NCBI GenBank assembly: GCA_018304465.1 | Contig: JAGVWC010000009.1 | Location: 96,001-160,000 of the forward strand | Direction of reading: 5' to 3' | Origin: Candidatus Iainarchaeum sp. | Lineage (GTDB): Archaea > Iainarchaeota > Iainarchaeia > Iainarchaeales > JAGVWC01 | DNA length: 64,000 bases | Shown here: one piece after another, positions 47,942 to 57,661 of the stretch | Position numbering within the stretch: position 1 is the first letter of the stretch | Layout of the letters: every line of letters starts with the position of its first letter | Position numbers and translations under genes: made by a program | Notes under the pieces: model-generated | The model's input: the letters and a program-made list of their open reading frames with translations, nothing else | What the model was told of the DNA's origin: nothing | Database searches by the model: none

Positions 47942-48547
47942 ATGGTTGAACGATCGGATTTGATGGTTTCTTTTTTGGTGGCATTCGCGTTCTGGATGGT
48001 GGCCCGCGTGGTTGCCGTTATCGGACATTGGGAATACTCCTTGTTTTCGATTTCCACTCCGACCATGATCGGATTGGTGTTGATGGGAATCGTTGCGGTT
48101 TTTTTCTCGTCGCTTTTGTTTGGCCGCACGGTGTTCTTGACGTTTTTTTTGCTTGGAGTCATGACCAGTCCTGTGATTGGTTATTCCTCGGTGTTTCTTA
48201 ATATCGCAGTCGGCGTCGCCTTGTCATTGGCAGGAGTCGTGGGCGTGTTGCTGGGGCAAAAGATTTCCGCGGATTTGCAGGAAGACGACCCATTGAAATT
48301 CAAGGACAAAGGGTTGATTCTTTTGGTGGTTGCAAGCGTAGTGTTGTGTGTTGGCGTCGGATTTTTTTCCGAACACATTAATTCGTTTAATGAAAAATCC
48401 CTTTCCGTGGCACGCGATGTGCGAGACGGAAAAATCGATTGGGTCAGCGCGGTCGCGCGTTTGGCGGGAACGGATTATAACTCAGCCATGACCCCGGATC
48501 CGAATGGGGCGGCTTTTGATCCAAACCAACTTCCGGGGCGTTCCTGA
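47942..48547 (+). CDS. Hypothetical integral membrane protein (about 5 TM)
   Basis: 201 aa, hydrophobic; TATA-like TTTTATAG at about 47886. Confidence 0.75.
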   Translation: MVERSDLMVSFLVAFAFWMVARVVAVIGHWEYSLFSISTPTMIGLVLMGIVAVFFSSLLFGRTVFLTFFLLGVMTSPVIGYSSVFLNIAVGVALSLAGVVGVLLGQKISADLQEDDPLKFKDKGLILLVVASVVLCVGVGFFSEHINSFNEKSLSVARDVRDGKIDWVSAVARLAGTDYNSAMTPDPNGAAFDPNQLPGRS

Positions 48548-48614
48548 GCCGAATTTTGAGCATATATTAATAAATACAAAAATCATAATTTCGTAGCGTT
48601 AGCGAGGGGACCGA

Positions 48615-51600
48615 ATGGGTATTGTGGATGGGATTCGCGGAGTCTACTTCTCGCTGGAAGATCGATATTATTCTTTTCTGGATGCATTGGAGTCCAAAGG
48701 AATTCCGGTGTACAAAGTCGTGGATCCAATTGATTCCGTGGTTCCGTCGTTTCCGTTATTTGTATTGATTGTTCTTTTGTTGCTGGGGGGATTGCTCTGG
48801 TTTTTGGTGTTGCCAAATCTTTCGTTTGGAAACGCGCAGTTAAACGTCAAGGTGCTGGATTTTTCGGATAGTCCGATTTCCGGGGCCTCGGTCACCGTGA
48901 TTCGAAACGGAACCCAGACCATTGGCGTATCCGACGCACTGGGAAAAACCGCGTTTGATTTTCCCAAAGGAAGCGAAATCGCCGTCTCGGTGTCGCGTGA
49001 AGGATTCGATAATTTTGAGGTGCCCGCTTTTGTTTTGTCCGAAAGCCGCGAAGTCACCGCGCGATTAAGCACGGCGGGAAGCGCTTCCGGCGAAGCCGTG
49101 ATTCGAACGATTCGCCTGTTAAGCCAGTCCGGCCAGCCCTTGGTCGGCGAAGACATTACCGTTTCTTTTTCGTGTTCCAATTCCGCGGCAAATCCACCGG
49201 CAGAAGTCACGGTGACGACCGGAGAAGTCAAAGTCACGGAACCCGGTAATTGCGGCGGTTTGGTGGCCCAAATTAGGTCCCGAAATTTCAAGGAAGTCGC
49301 GTCTTTTCCCGTGTCGCAACTGGTCAACACCGCGTATTTGATTTCGAATTCGGCGGCGTTGGAAGAAGACCGCGGAACCATTGAAGTGTTGGTGACGGAA
49401 AACAATCAAGCCGTTTCCGATGGCTTGTCGATCGTATTGTATCCTTTTGAAAGCGATATTTCCGTGGACAGTGCGCCCGTGCAAAACGGAAAAGCCGTGT
49501 TTTCGAACGTGGCCTTCGGAAAGTACGTGGTGAAAAACCGCGGAACCAGTGATTTTGCTCCGACGTCGGCCACACTGACCTTGTCTTCCAAGCGTCAAAC
49601 GGTTTCATTGGCATTGCAAAAAAACGTGGCCGGAAAAATTGTTGTCAAAGTGATTGATGCGGATACGCGAAAACCCGTTCCGAATTCGACGGTTTCCTTG
49701 CGCATCGGAAACGACGAAGTCGAGAAAAAAACCACGAGCGACGATGGAAATGGTTCGCTTGAGTTTTTCGTTCCGCGGGACACGACCTACAATGTGGGTG
49801 TGAGTCATCCGGATTATTGTTTCGAAACCAGATCGGACCTGGGAATCAACAAGAGTTATTCGATTGAATTGGAGCCGTTCACGGCGTCCTGCGGCGGAAC
49901 CATTGTCGTAAAAGTCGTGGACCAGGAAGGCATTCCGGTACAAAACGCGTTGGTGTCATTGGCCAGCGAACAACAGTTTTTTCTTGGAGCGGGACAAGAA
50001 ATATCGGATTTGAACGGCGTCGCCCGTTTTGCGGGAATCAAAGCGGGAACCTACACCGCGTTTGCGTTTAAGGGAACCAGTTCCGGCTGGAGCGATCCCA
50101 AGTTTTTCAACCGGAAAAAAGGCGAAACCGAACAAGTGGATTTGATTGCGACACTGCAGATTCCAAACGGAATCGTTCGAATCCAGGTCGTTGACAAGGA
50201 AAACCGCCCGGTTCCGTTCGCGACGATTACGTTTGTGGACGCGTTTGACAATCAGATCGTAGGCGGAGGCGCAAAGCCGGCGGATTCCAACGGCGTGCTT
50301 TCATGGGAAACGCGCGCGGACAAAACCGTGTACGCCATTGTCGAAAAAGAAGGGTTCGCGTCCGTTGCATCCCAATGGATCGAAGTAAAGCCGTCCACGA
50401 TCCAGGAAGAACAGGTTCAGTTGTTGCCCCCCATCACGCAGTTCGAAGTCGAGCTTGTGGGATTGTTTTCGGGAAATCTTTCCACGCCTCCCGCGGGAAG
50501 CCCGACCGCGAGTCTTGCGGCCGGACAGGAATACGTCGCGCGTTTTAGAATCAAGATTCCGTCGGATCGGTCGTTTTCTTCCGATCACCCGTTTAACCAG
50601 GTCGGAATCCATGTGCGAACGGGAACCGAAGGCATCATGGAAAAAGATTTCATTTTCTTAAAAGAAACCAACGCGCCTTCGGCTTCCGTTGTGCGTTCCA
50701 CGTCGTTTACCGGAAAATACGTTTCGGATCTTGCCGCGGTCACGAGTTCGGACGCCAAGTGGGCGAACATGACATGGACCCGACCGCGCGCCGACGTCAT
50801 CATGGCACAAATCGTGGTCAAAGTCAAGGAAAACGCGGCGCTTGGAAAAAAGCTCGATATTTTCTATCGTGCCTGGGGGGGCCAAAACGGCGATGTCGTG
50901 CGTGATCCCGCGGACCAGACGGGCGGCGGACAAGAATTGTATTCGGACGCCAAAGACGCGAGTTTTACGGTCGGCGTCGGCACGTTGTGCGACGAACGGT
51001 TTTGTTTTGACGCAAGCATTTACGATCAGCGCGACGCGTTGCGCATGCCCGTGACGGATTCGTTCGCGGCGCGAAACCTAGAAAATTACACGTTAAGCTT
51101 CGCGATCGGAAACACGTCTAAAATGGATACGGATACGTACCGCAACGCGGAACTGCGGCTCGAAGCGATCGAGGAAAATTTGTTGTTTAAACAGTACACG
51201 ATTTTTGACGCGGCGTCCGAGGGAAGCAAACCGATTACGGGCACCGCGAATGCCGCGGCGTTGCCGCGAATTACGATTGGAGATCTTTCACCCGGCCGGC
51301 GGATTTCCGGAGACATCGCGTTTATGCCCAAAATCCCGGGAACACACACGATTGATTTTAGGATCGTGGACACGGATTTGGGCCAGATCGTGTTTTCCAA
51401 ACAATTGTCGATTATTTCGATTGCGGACAACGATTTTGTCATCGTGGTTTCGCCGGAAAAGCTTTCGCCGGGAATCGAAAACCCGGTGATCATTACCGTG
51501 ACGGACAAAGTCACGGGTTTGCCGGTCAAAGACGCGTTTGTCCGGTTACGGGACAAATTCAAGAACATTTTGTCGACCAGCCAGACGAATTCGCTTGGAA

Positions 51601-52637
51601 TTGTCGAAACACGGTTGCCCGCGCAGGCCCCGGGAGAAATCCTGGATATTGAAGTCGAACGCGTCGAATACAATACATTGATCAAGAAAGTCACGGTGGA
51701 CGGAGAAATTCTCACGCTTTCCCCCGAACGACTGGGTTTTTCGGTTAATCCGAAGAGCAAACCAACGGACGCCAAAGAATTCAAGATTTCAAATGTCGCG
51801 CCGTTTGAGCTTGCGATCGAAAGCGTTTCGCTTTCGGGAAAATTTTCGGGTTTGCTTGATTTGGATTCCACCAATAACGCGTTGCATTCCTGGGCTGGCG
51901 CCAAAATCAAAGCCAATGATTTCGTTTCGATTTCGGTTCCCGTAAAAACATCCACACAGGCAACCGATCTGGAAGCCTTGACGGATTTAAGCGGTGTTTT
52001 GACGGTGCGGGTATCCAGCCAGGGTCATGCGTGGGATTTCGAGATTCCGGTTCAGATTACCGTTGGTCTTGGCGGCGAAGTGGATGATCCCGCGTGTTTG
52101 ACGTTAAGCCAAACCGAATGGGTGTCAAGTTCCCAGGGAAAACCCATTGTCCTGGAATTTTCGATTCAAAACAATTGTTCGATCGCGGGAAAACCCGTGG
52201 ACATTTCAAATGTCGAAACGCGCATCGCTTGGATCGGAAACCAAACCGGCGAGTTCGAATTATCCACGGATGTCAGCAATTCGATTTTGCGATCGGGTTA
52301 TTTCTTGACGATTTTGCCCAAACTGGAAGCCGGAAAAAGCGTGGTCGCGCGATTGACGTTTACGCCTAATGCCCAGGTCATTGGATCCACGAAAGCAACA
52401 GTGGAATTCCAGGCCACGAACCCGACGGATTCGGCACCCCAGACTTTGTCCGCCCAGCTTTCCGCGGATTTGGATGTCGTGAATTTGTTGTCGTGTGTTT
52501 CGTACGACAAGGAATATATCGAAATGCAGGCGGAAGAAACATTTAATCCCAAGGTTTCGGCCGTGGGCTTTGGCGTGTCCCAAAGCATTAATCCGATCAC
52601 GGGTCGGGTCACGGCGGGAGACGATAATTCCGATTGA
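48615..52637 (+). CDS. Giant surface protein 3, N-terminal part
   Basis: EDRYYSFLDALESKGIPVY..VPSFP + TM; GAGGG RBS; collinear with giant 2 (GIHVRTG, KWANM, YRAWG, GLGGEVDDPACL). Confidence 0.9.
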   Translation: MGIVDGIRGVYFSLEDRYYSFLDALESKGIPVYKVVDPIDSVVPSFPLFVLIVLLLLGGLLWFLVLPNLSFGNAQLNVKVLDFSDSPISGASVTVIRNGTQTIGVSDALGKTAFDFPKGSEIAVSVSREGFDNFEVPAFVLSESREVTARLSTAGSASGEAVIRTIRLLSQSGQPLVGEDITVSFSCSNSAANPPAEVTVTTGEVKVTEPGNCGGLVAQIRSRNFKEVASFPVSQLVNTAYLISNSAALEEDRGTIEVLVTENNQAVSDGLSIVLYPFESDISVDSAPVQNGKAVFSNVAFGKYVVKNRGTSDFAPTSATLTLSSKRQTVSLALQKNVAGKIVVKVIDADTRKPVPNSTVSLRIGNDEVEKKTTSDDGNGSLEFFVPRDTTYNVGVSHPDYCFETRSDLGINKSYSIELEPFTASCGGTIVVKVVDQEGIPVQNALVSLASEQQFFLGAGQEISDLNGVARFAGIKAGTYTAFAFKGTSSGWSDPKFFNRKKGETEQVDLIATLQIPNGIVRIQVVDKENRPVPFATITFVDAFDNQIVGGGAKPADSNGVLSWETRADKTVYAIVEKEGFASVASQWIEVKPSTIQEEQVQLLPPITQFEVELVGLFSGNLSTPPAGSPTASLAAGQEYVARFRIKIPSDRSFSSDHPFNQVGIHVRTGTEGIMEKDFIFLKETNAPSASVVRSTSFTGKYVSDLAAVTSSDAKWANMTWTRPRADVIMAQIVVKVKENAALGKKLDIFYRAWGGQNGDVVRDPADQTGGGQELYSDAKDASFTVGVGTLCDERFCFDASIYDQRDALRMPVTDSFAARNLENYTLSFAIGNTSKMDTDTYRNAELRLEAIEENLLFKQYTIFDAASEGSKPITGTANAAALPRITIGDLSPGRRISGDIAFMPKIPGTHTIDFRIVDTDLGQIVFSKQLSIISIADNDFVIVVSPEKLSPGIENPVIITVTDKVTGLPVKDAFVRLRDKFKNILSTSQTNSLGIVETRLPAQAPGEILDIEVERVEYNTLIKKVTVDGEILTLSPERLGFSVNPKSKPTDAKEFKISNVAPFELAIESVSLSGKFSGLLDLDSTNNALHSWAGAKIKANDFVSISVPVKTSTQATDLEALTDLSGVLTVRVSSQGHAWDFEIPVQITVGLGGEVDDPACLTLSQTEWVSSSQGKPIVLEFSIQNNCSIAGKPVDISNVETRIAWIGNQTGEFELSTDVSNSILRSGYFLTILPKLEAGKSVVARLTFTPNAQVIGSTKATVEFQATNPTDSAPQTLSAQLSADLDVVNLLSCVSYDKEYIEMQAEETFNPKVSAVGFGVSQSINPITGRVTAGDDNSD

Positions 52638-55600
52638 CGATTAAAACCGCGGATTGCGGCGGTGCCACGTCGTTTTCGCTTGAATCGGAACTCAAGTTGT
52701 CGCCAACCGAGTTTTCGCTTTCGGATAACGGCGCTCAGCAAATCGTGATTACGGCCGATGACCGCGTTCCGGGTCAGTACGGCGTCAAAGTGCTGGTCAA
52801 AGGCGCGGGAGCGGTCACGACCAAGCAAATCAAAACGATTCCGGTCGTATTGGCCCCCGCGCGCGATGAATGCGTGTTGTTGACCAAATTTGAATACAAC
52901 GTGTTCCGAAACGAAGATGTTCCGGGATCCGGAATCGATACCGCGAAAGTCATTAATCAGTGTTATGACAAACCCGTGCAAGTCATGATTGATCGGCATT
53001 CGTTAGACGATGCCATGGCGGAAGGACAACGATGGGCGGCAATGGGGCTTGCCATGGGAATGATGGGCCAAATGAACCAGAATGGCGGGTTGTTTAGCGG
53101 TTTGTTTGGCGGGTCCAGCAATGATTCGAACGCATCTCCGGGGTCCGGCAGCAATTCGAACACGCCTCCGGCTTGGAAAGAGTTCAAGGACGCGGGAACC
53201 GTATTGGTCGCGAACGGAACCGGCGGATTTGTTTCGGCCAATGCCTATAAAGACAACGCGGGAAATGAGTTCGTGTTTGAAAACGGCATGTATTATCCAG
53301 TACGGCAACGATCCGACGGAAGATATGAAAAGGTTCCAAACGGAGCCCCCGTTGCCTCAAACGGATCCGTGGGTTCGACGGCCACCGGTCCGAACGCAAG
53401 CGTCATTGCGCAAAAAGAATCCGAAATCGCGCAGTTGAACAGTCAGATTTCATCCGAACAAGCGAGCGCGACGAGTCTGGGTTGCCCCAATGGAAAGCCC
53501 GAGTGCCAAACCAGTATCGATCGCATTCATAGTCTGAACGTTCGGATCAGTTCTTTGGAGTCCGAAATCAGTGGATTGCAAACCACACCGCTCACGGGAC
53601 GGTTTTCATTGACGGGTTATCAGTTCTTGCCGTTTGCAGGCCAGGGTTTCTTCGGTTCCGGTTCAACGAATTCGGACGCGGAAAACGAATGTAGTTTTGT
53701 GGATTCGGATGGAACGCTTTCCAAGAGCCGGCAAGACGCGGACAGCGAAATTTCGTCTTTGCAAACGTTACCGATGTTCGCGAGTCTTTTGGGCGGCGGA
53801 AACATGGGCAATGCGTTTTCGCAGGCCATGATGATGTATGCCATGGGAACCGCGCAAGCCTACAATGCCCAAACCGATGTTTGCATCTGGACCGTGCAAC
53901 GCGACGTTCAATTGGGTTCCGGTGGACTAGGCGGTGTACTGGATAATTTGGCGAGTTTTTTCACCGGAAACCAGGCCAAAGGCGTTTACAAATTATTGGA
54001 TTCCACGGGAATTGACGACCGGGTGTTTTCCGGCGTCAGTGTGGAAGAATACCGAAAACCCATTGTGTCGCCGCGCAAAGACAATCAGGAATTAAGCACG
54101 GAAACGCGGTTCATCAAGGTTTCAAACGACGACGGTTTGGTCCAGGCAGACGCCTTGAATCCGTTGTTTGCCATGCTGGCGATTAACGGCGTTCGCCACG
54201 TGTATTTGCCTGAACAAATCTACGAAAGCCAAAAGCCCAGCGTGTTAAAGGAAGGCCCCAGTCAAAAGCTTTCATCGAAGTTTCATATTCAATTGAATTC
54301 GTATAAGCCCGAACCGGATTCCGTGATTTCTCCAGAGATCGGCAACTGCCAGATCGGACAAAAAATCGGTAGCACGGGTCCGAACGCGGTTCCACGCCTC
54401 AAATTCGCGTGGGGTTGGAACGAAATCAATTTCGATTCGTGCGATTCGGATAATCCGGAGTATATTTATTGTGACGCCACGCAGTTTTCGATCGCGTTAT
54501 TGAAAAAAATGGAAGTGTTACGCGAATTCACGACCGTGAACGCCTTGACGTTCGAGTGTCCATCCGCAGTCAGCTCCGTGACCCCGACCGAACAGGCGTT
54601 GTCCAAAACGGGTCTTGACATCGGCGTGACCAAACTTGAAATCGTGCGAAACCAATTGGATGCAAACATGGTGGCCACGGTTGAAAATTCGAACAATGTA
54701 TCGGGTTCCGCGGAATTGACCACGATTATTACGAATACCGCCAATGGAAAAGTCGAAAAAACCTGTATCGAAACGGTTTCGTTTCTATCGAAAACCACGT
54801 CCGGTTGTCTGGTGCAAAATCTGGCCCCGGGCGAATACCGCGTCAAAGCGCTGTTGGGCGCCGTGTCATGCACGGGCTGCCAAAACGCCGTGAGCTTTAA
54901 CGATTCTTTGGAAGACACGTTTACCACGGGCTTTGAAGGACTTGCGTGCGCCGCCAACTGGACCAATACGAGTCATTTGGAAGAAATCATCGCGGCTACC
55001 GAAGGCGCGTCCAAATCATTGGTGTATCCGGCGGGCTTTGACAAGGAAAAAATCGTCAAACTTGCCAGTTTTAGGGCGCACTTGATGAAAGACGGGTATT
55101 CAACCGGTTTTCGAAAAGATTTCCATTCGTATGCTTTGACGCAATCCTTGTTCCAGACGCCTGAGTTTTATTCGCAACCCGATGGGTTAGGCGAATATTT
55201 CTCGGATCCCGCCAAAATGCAGTTTGAATACTTCGGCAGTCCGAATGGAACGCTTTCAGAACCCGGCATTTACCAAGTGGACCTCGACGTGAATTTTTCG
55301 GATCAGCACATGGCATGGTTCGAGAACTCGACCCCCGTCGCCACGATTTTGGTGACCATGGAAAAAACCGGGGACGCAAAGCCCGCGAGCCCGTTTTATT
55401 ATTATCCATTGGACGGCGCATTGGGATTGCAAAACGGCCGCGTGGGATACGGAACCAACTTCGAGTTGGAAACCCCGGACAAACCCATCGTGATTGCGGC
55501 AACGGTTGACCGCGCGTTGTTGTCGCAATCGATTCCGGGAAGCATTCCGGCGGCAACCGTCAAAGCATATAAAATCACGGACTTTGCGACGTTGAATGTT

Positions 55601-56266
55601 TCAAACCGTGGATTGTTGTTTTCCATTGATTCGCAAACCGATGAATGGAAACTCGCGCCAAGCCTCGCGACCCCGGTGATCATGAAAGTATCCGCGACCA
55701 GTACCGCGGACGCGTTTGGATTTTATTCTTTGGAAGTGGATTCTCAACCGCAAACGAATCTTCCGTTCTTGTCGCGCTGGAGCGGAATCTCGCCGTCTTG
55801 CAAGGACTTTGCCGGAGACGGTTTGGATAAGTATTCGGAAACCCCGGATATTTCGGGGGTCAATGCCCATTGTTCGGCGTTGGGTCCCAACAGCGCGGTG
55901 TCATACGGATTCGAATGGTGTAACCGCAAGTTGCCGGGAACGGTTTCGTTGCAATCCGTGTTTTTTACGCCCACTGAAAGCAGCGCGGTATTGCGTTTGA
56001 CGGGTCAAAACGAATCCGTTTCGTTTATCGGTTTACAGGGAAGCGGTCAAAACGTGGAATTGGCCGGAGTCCCCGGAATGGCATTCAATAGTCATTCGAA
56101 CGCGATTTCTTCGGTTCAGGATGTATTAGACCTGGTAGCGGAAGGCCAAGTGTGTGTCACGGGATCGGAAAACGCGGTTCGAACCGAGTTTTTCTGGAAC
56201 CCCAAAGTGGTGTTGGATGGCTTAGCGCAGGTACGCGACGCGACCACGCAGGCATGCATCCAATAA
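52628..56266 (+). CDS. Giant surface protein 3, C-terminal part (frameshifted continuation; fused about 2550 aa)
   Basis: One extra T at GAT AAT T^CC gives DDNFRLTIKTADC, which aligns with TNFFTVRNNC of giant 2; shares TGP.A...L...W..C..CD, L.KD.YS and G.VC....W.N.K motifs with the giant 2 C-terminus. Confidence 0.85.
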   Translation, partial: FRLTIKTADCGGATSFSLESELKLSPTEFSLSDNGAQQIVITADDRVPGQYGVKVLVKGAGAVTTKQIKTIPVVLAPARDECVLLTKFEYNVFRNEDVPGSGIDTAKVINQCYDKPVQVMIDRHSLDDAMAEGQRWAAMGLAMGMMGQMNQNGGLFSGLFGGSSNDSNASPGSGSNSNTPPAWKEFKDAGTVLVANGTGGFVSANAYKDNAGNEFVFENGMYYPVRQRSDGRYEKVPNGAPVASNGSVGSTATGPNASVIAQKESEIAQLNSQISSEQASATSLGCPNGKPECQTSIDRIHSLNVRISSLESEISGLQTTPLTGRFSLTGYQFLPFAGQGFFGSGSTNSDAENECSFVDSDGTLSKSRQDADSEISSLQTLPMFASLLGGGNMGNAFSQAMMMYAMGTAQAYNAQTDVCIWTVQRDVQLGSGGLGGVLDNLASFFTGNQAKGVYKLLDSTGIDDRVFSGVSVEEYRKPIVSPRKDNQELSTETRFIKVSNDDGLVQADALNPLFAMLAINGVRHVYLPEQIYESQKPSVLKEGPSQKLSSKFHIQLNSYKPEPDSVISPEIGNCQIGQKIGSTGPNAVPRLKFAWGWNEINFDSCDSDNPEYIYCDATQFSIALLKKMEVLREFTTVNALTFECPSAVSSVTPTEQALSKTGLDIGVTKLEIVRNQLDANMVATVENSNNVSGSAELTTIITNTANGKVEKTCIETVSFLSKTTSGCLVQNLAPGEYRVKALLGAVSCTGCQNAVSFNDSLEDTFTTGFEGLACAANWTNTSHLEEIIAATEGASKSLVYPAGFDKEKIVKLASFRAHLMKDGYSTGFRKDFHSYALTQSLFQTPEFYSQPDGLGEYFSDPAKMQFEYFGSPNGTLSEPGIYQVDLDVNFSDQHMAWFENSTPVATILVTMEKTGDAKPASPFYYYPLDGALGLQNGRVGYGTNFELETPDKPIVIAATVDRALLSQSIPGSIPAATVKAYKITDFATLNVSNRGLLFSIDSQTDEWKLAPSLATPVIMKVSATSTADAFGFYSLEVDSQPQTNLPFLSRWSGISPSCKDFAGDGLDKYSETPDISGVNAHCSALGPNSAVSYGFEWCNRKLPGTVSLQSVFFTPTESSAVLRLTGQNESVSFIGLQGSGQNVELAGVPGMAFNSHSNAISSVQDVLDLVAEGQVCVTGSENAVRTEFFWNPKVVLDGLAQVRDATTQACIQ

Positions 56267-56313
56267 GGCTTCTTTTTGAAAGCGGTAAAGATTTATTAAT
56301 TTGAAACACCCTA

Positions 56314-56733
56314 ATGGTGCCTATGATCACGGGTTTTGACATTATGGCCGTTTTTGCGGACTTTAACCTGATCCTAAAACTATTTGTTTTGATCATGATT
56401 ATTTCGTTTGTCAAAAGCCATTTGGGCGGAGGCCCTTTGGCGACCATGGTCATGGTGTTCATTGCTTTTTTCGTTATTTTCGACGCGTGGAAGATTTTTG
56501 GCGGAATTTATCTTTTGTACGCCATTATCACGTTAGGGTTTTCCGGGTTATTGATTGATTTTTTCTTTGTTACGCCGCCGTTGGCCAATCAGCGGGAAAA
56601 TCCCGAATCGGATGCGGGAGAAGGCATCAACAGTCAGGATGTCAAGGAACGGATTAACCGTTTGCATATGGCCGGGGGTCGCGCAGGCCATCATGGCGGT
56701 CGCCCGCCGGGTCCGCCGCCCATGATGGGATAA
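56314..56733 (+). CDS. Small membrane protein (3 TM) with Gly/Pro-rich tail
   Basis: KSHLGGGPLAT..IAFFVIF motif; ends PPGPPPMMG; ATTTATTAA TATA-like at 56291. Confidence 0.8.
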   Translation: MVPMITGFDIMAVFADFNLILKLFVLIMIISFVKSHLGGGPLATMVMVFIAFFVIFDAWKIFGGIYLLYAIITLGFSGLLIDFFFVTPPLANQRENPESDAGEGINSQDVKERINRLHMAGGRAGHHGGRPPGPPPMMG

Positions 56734-56745
56734 TGGGTTGAGAAA

Positions 56746-57066
56746 ATGAATCAAAAAGGAAACCTTGTACTGTTTGGACTGCTGGGACTGGTACTCGTCG
56801 GCGTGGTGTCTTTCCTTATTATCATGTTTGTTCCGCAAGCCGCGATTCTGATGCGCATCGTCCTGGTTTTTGCGATTTTCATGACGGTGCGCGGCGCGAT
56901 CGGAGACGGTACTCCAACGTTGTTGATTTCCGCGATTTTGATTTATTTTTTGGCATTCAAGTATTTTGAATTGGCGGCCGCGGGCTATGTGGTGTATTTC
57001 ATGGTCGCGTATACGGGTACGACGTTGTTTAGTTTTGGATTGCGTTTTTTCTTCGGAAAGCATTGA
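56746..57066 (+). CDS. Small membrane protein, paralog; MNQKG/ class III-like N-terminus
   Basis: RGAIGDGTPTLLISAILIYFLAF motif; about 4 hydrophobic segments. Confidence 0.8.
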   Translation: MNQKGNLVLFGLLGLVLVGVVSFLIIMFVPQAAILMRIVLVFAIFMTVRGAIGDGTPTLLISAILIYFLAFKYFELAAAGYVVYFMVAYTGTTLFSFGLRFFFGKH

Positions 57067-57076
57067 GGGATGAAAC

Positions 57077-57322
57077 ATGGTGTCAAGCGTTTGGTTGGAT
57101 TCGTTGTTTGGAAACCTGGAGATCGCCTTGATTTTGTTTTTTTTCGTATGGCTTTTTTCGTGGGCCAAAGGAAGTCTTGGAAGCGAAAAACTCGCGGTTT
57201 TTTTCGCGATCCTGATCATTTACTTGACGGTGTTCCAGTATCGGGAATTGATTTGGATTGCCGTGGCGTTGTTTTTGTTGTCGACGTTTGGAAAAGAGTT
57301 GTTTTCGAAATTGTCAAAGTGA
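57077..57322 (+). CDS. Small membrane protein, paralog
   Basis: KGSLGSEKLAVFFAILIIYLTVF motif; GAGGG RBS. Confidence 0.78.
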   Translation: MVSSVWLDSLFGNLEIALILFFFVWLFSWAKGSLGSEKLAVFFAILIIYLTVFQYRELIWIAVALFLLSTFGKELFSKLSK

Positions 57323-57334
57323 AACACAGAGGGA

Positions 57335-57649
57335 TTGTCGTTGGAAACCATGAATTTGTTGATCGCGGTGGTGCTCATGCTCCTCGGAGCCACGTACAGC
57401 GAGTTTTGGATCGTAATCGGAATCGCGGCCATCATGGTGTTAACAGAGCGGAATCTTTCGACGTTTGTCATGATGACGTTGGCGATTGTCTTAATTTACG
57501 GGTTTAAAGGCGTGCTATCCGACTACATTCCCCATATCCTGCTCGGAATGATTATTTTGGCGTTGGTGTTCAACAAGCCCGCGCAGCAACCCCAGGGAAT
57601 GGATATGGGCGGATTGGAAGGATTATACGGTCCGCCGCCCATGGGGTAA
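57335..57649 (+). CDS. Small membrane protein with Gly/Pro-rich tail
   Basis: About 4 short hydrophobic segments; ends GPPPMG; GAGGG before the TTG start. Confidence 0.75.
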   Translation: MSLETMNLLIAVVLMLLGATYSEFWIVIGIAAIMVLTERNLSTFVMMTLAIVLIYGFKGVLSDYIPHILLGMIILALVFNKPAQQPQGMDMGGLEGLYGPPPMG

Positions 57650-57661
57650 CGAGGCGGTTTT

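Noticed and set aside
27180-48720. Similar 40-nt DNA stretches at about 27181, 40123 and 48676 as repeats or DGR/recombination sites
   Set aside because: They encode the conserved LDWLDSKGVPVY motif, differ largely at synonymous sites, and no RT or recombinase is nearby
57070-57507. 145-aa alternative plus-frame ORF
   Set aside because: Overlaps two hydrophobic ORFs that show paralogy with their neighbours
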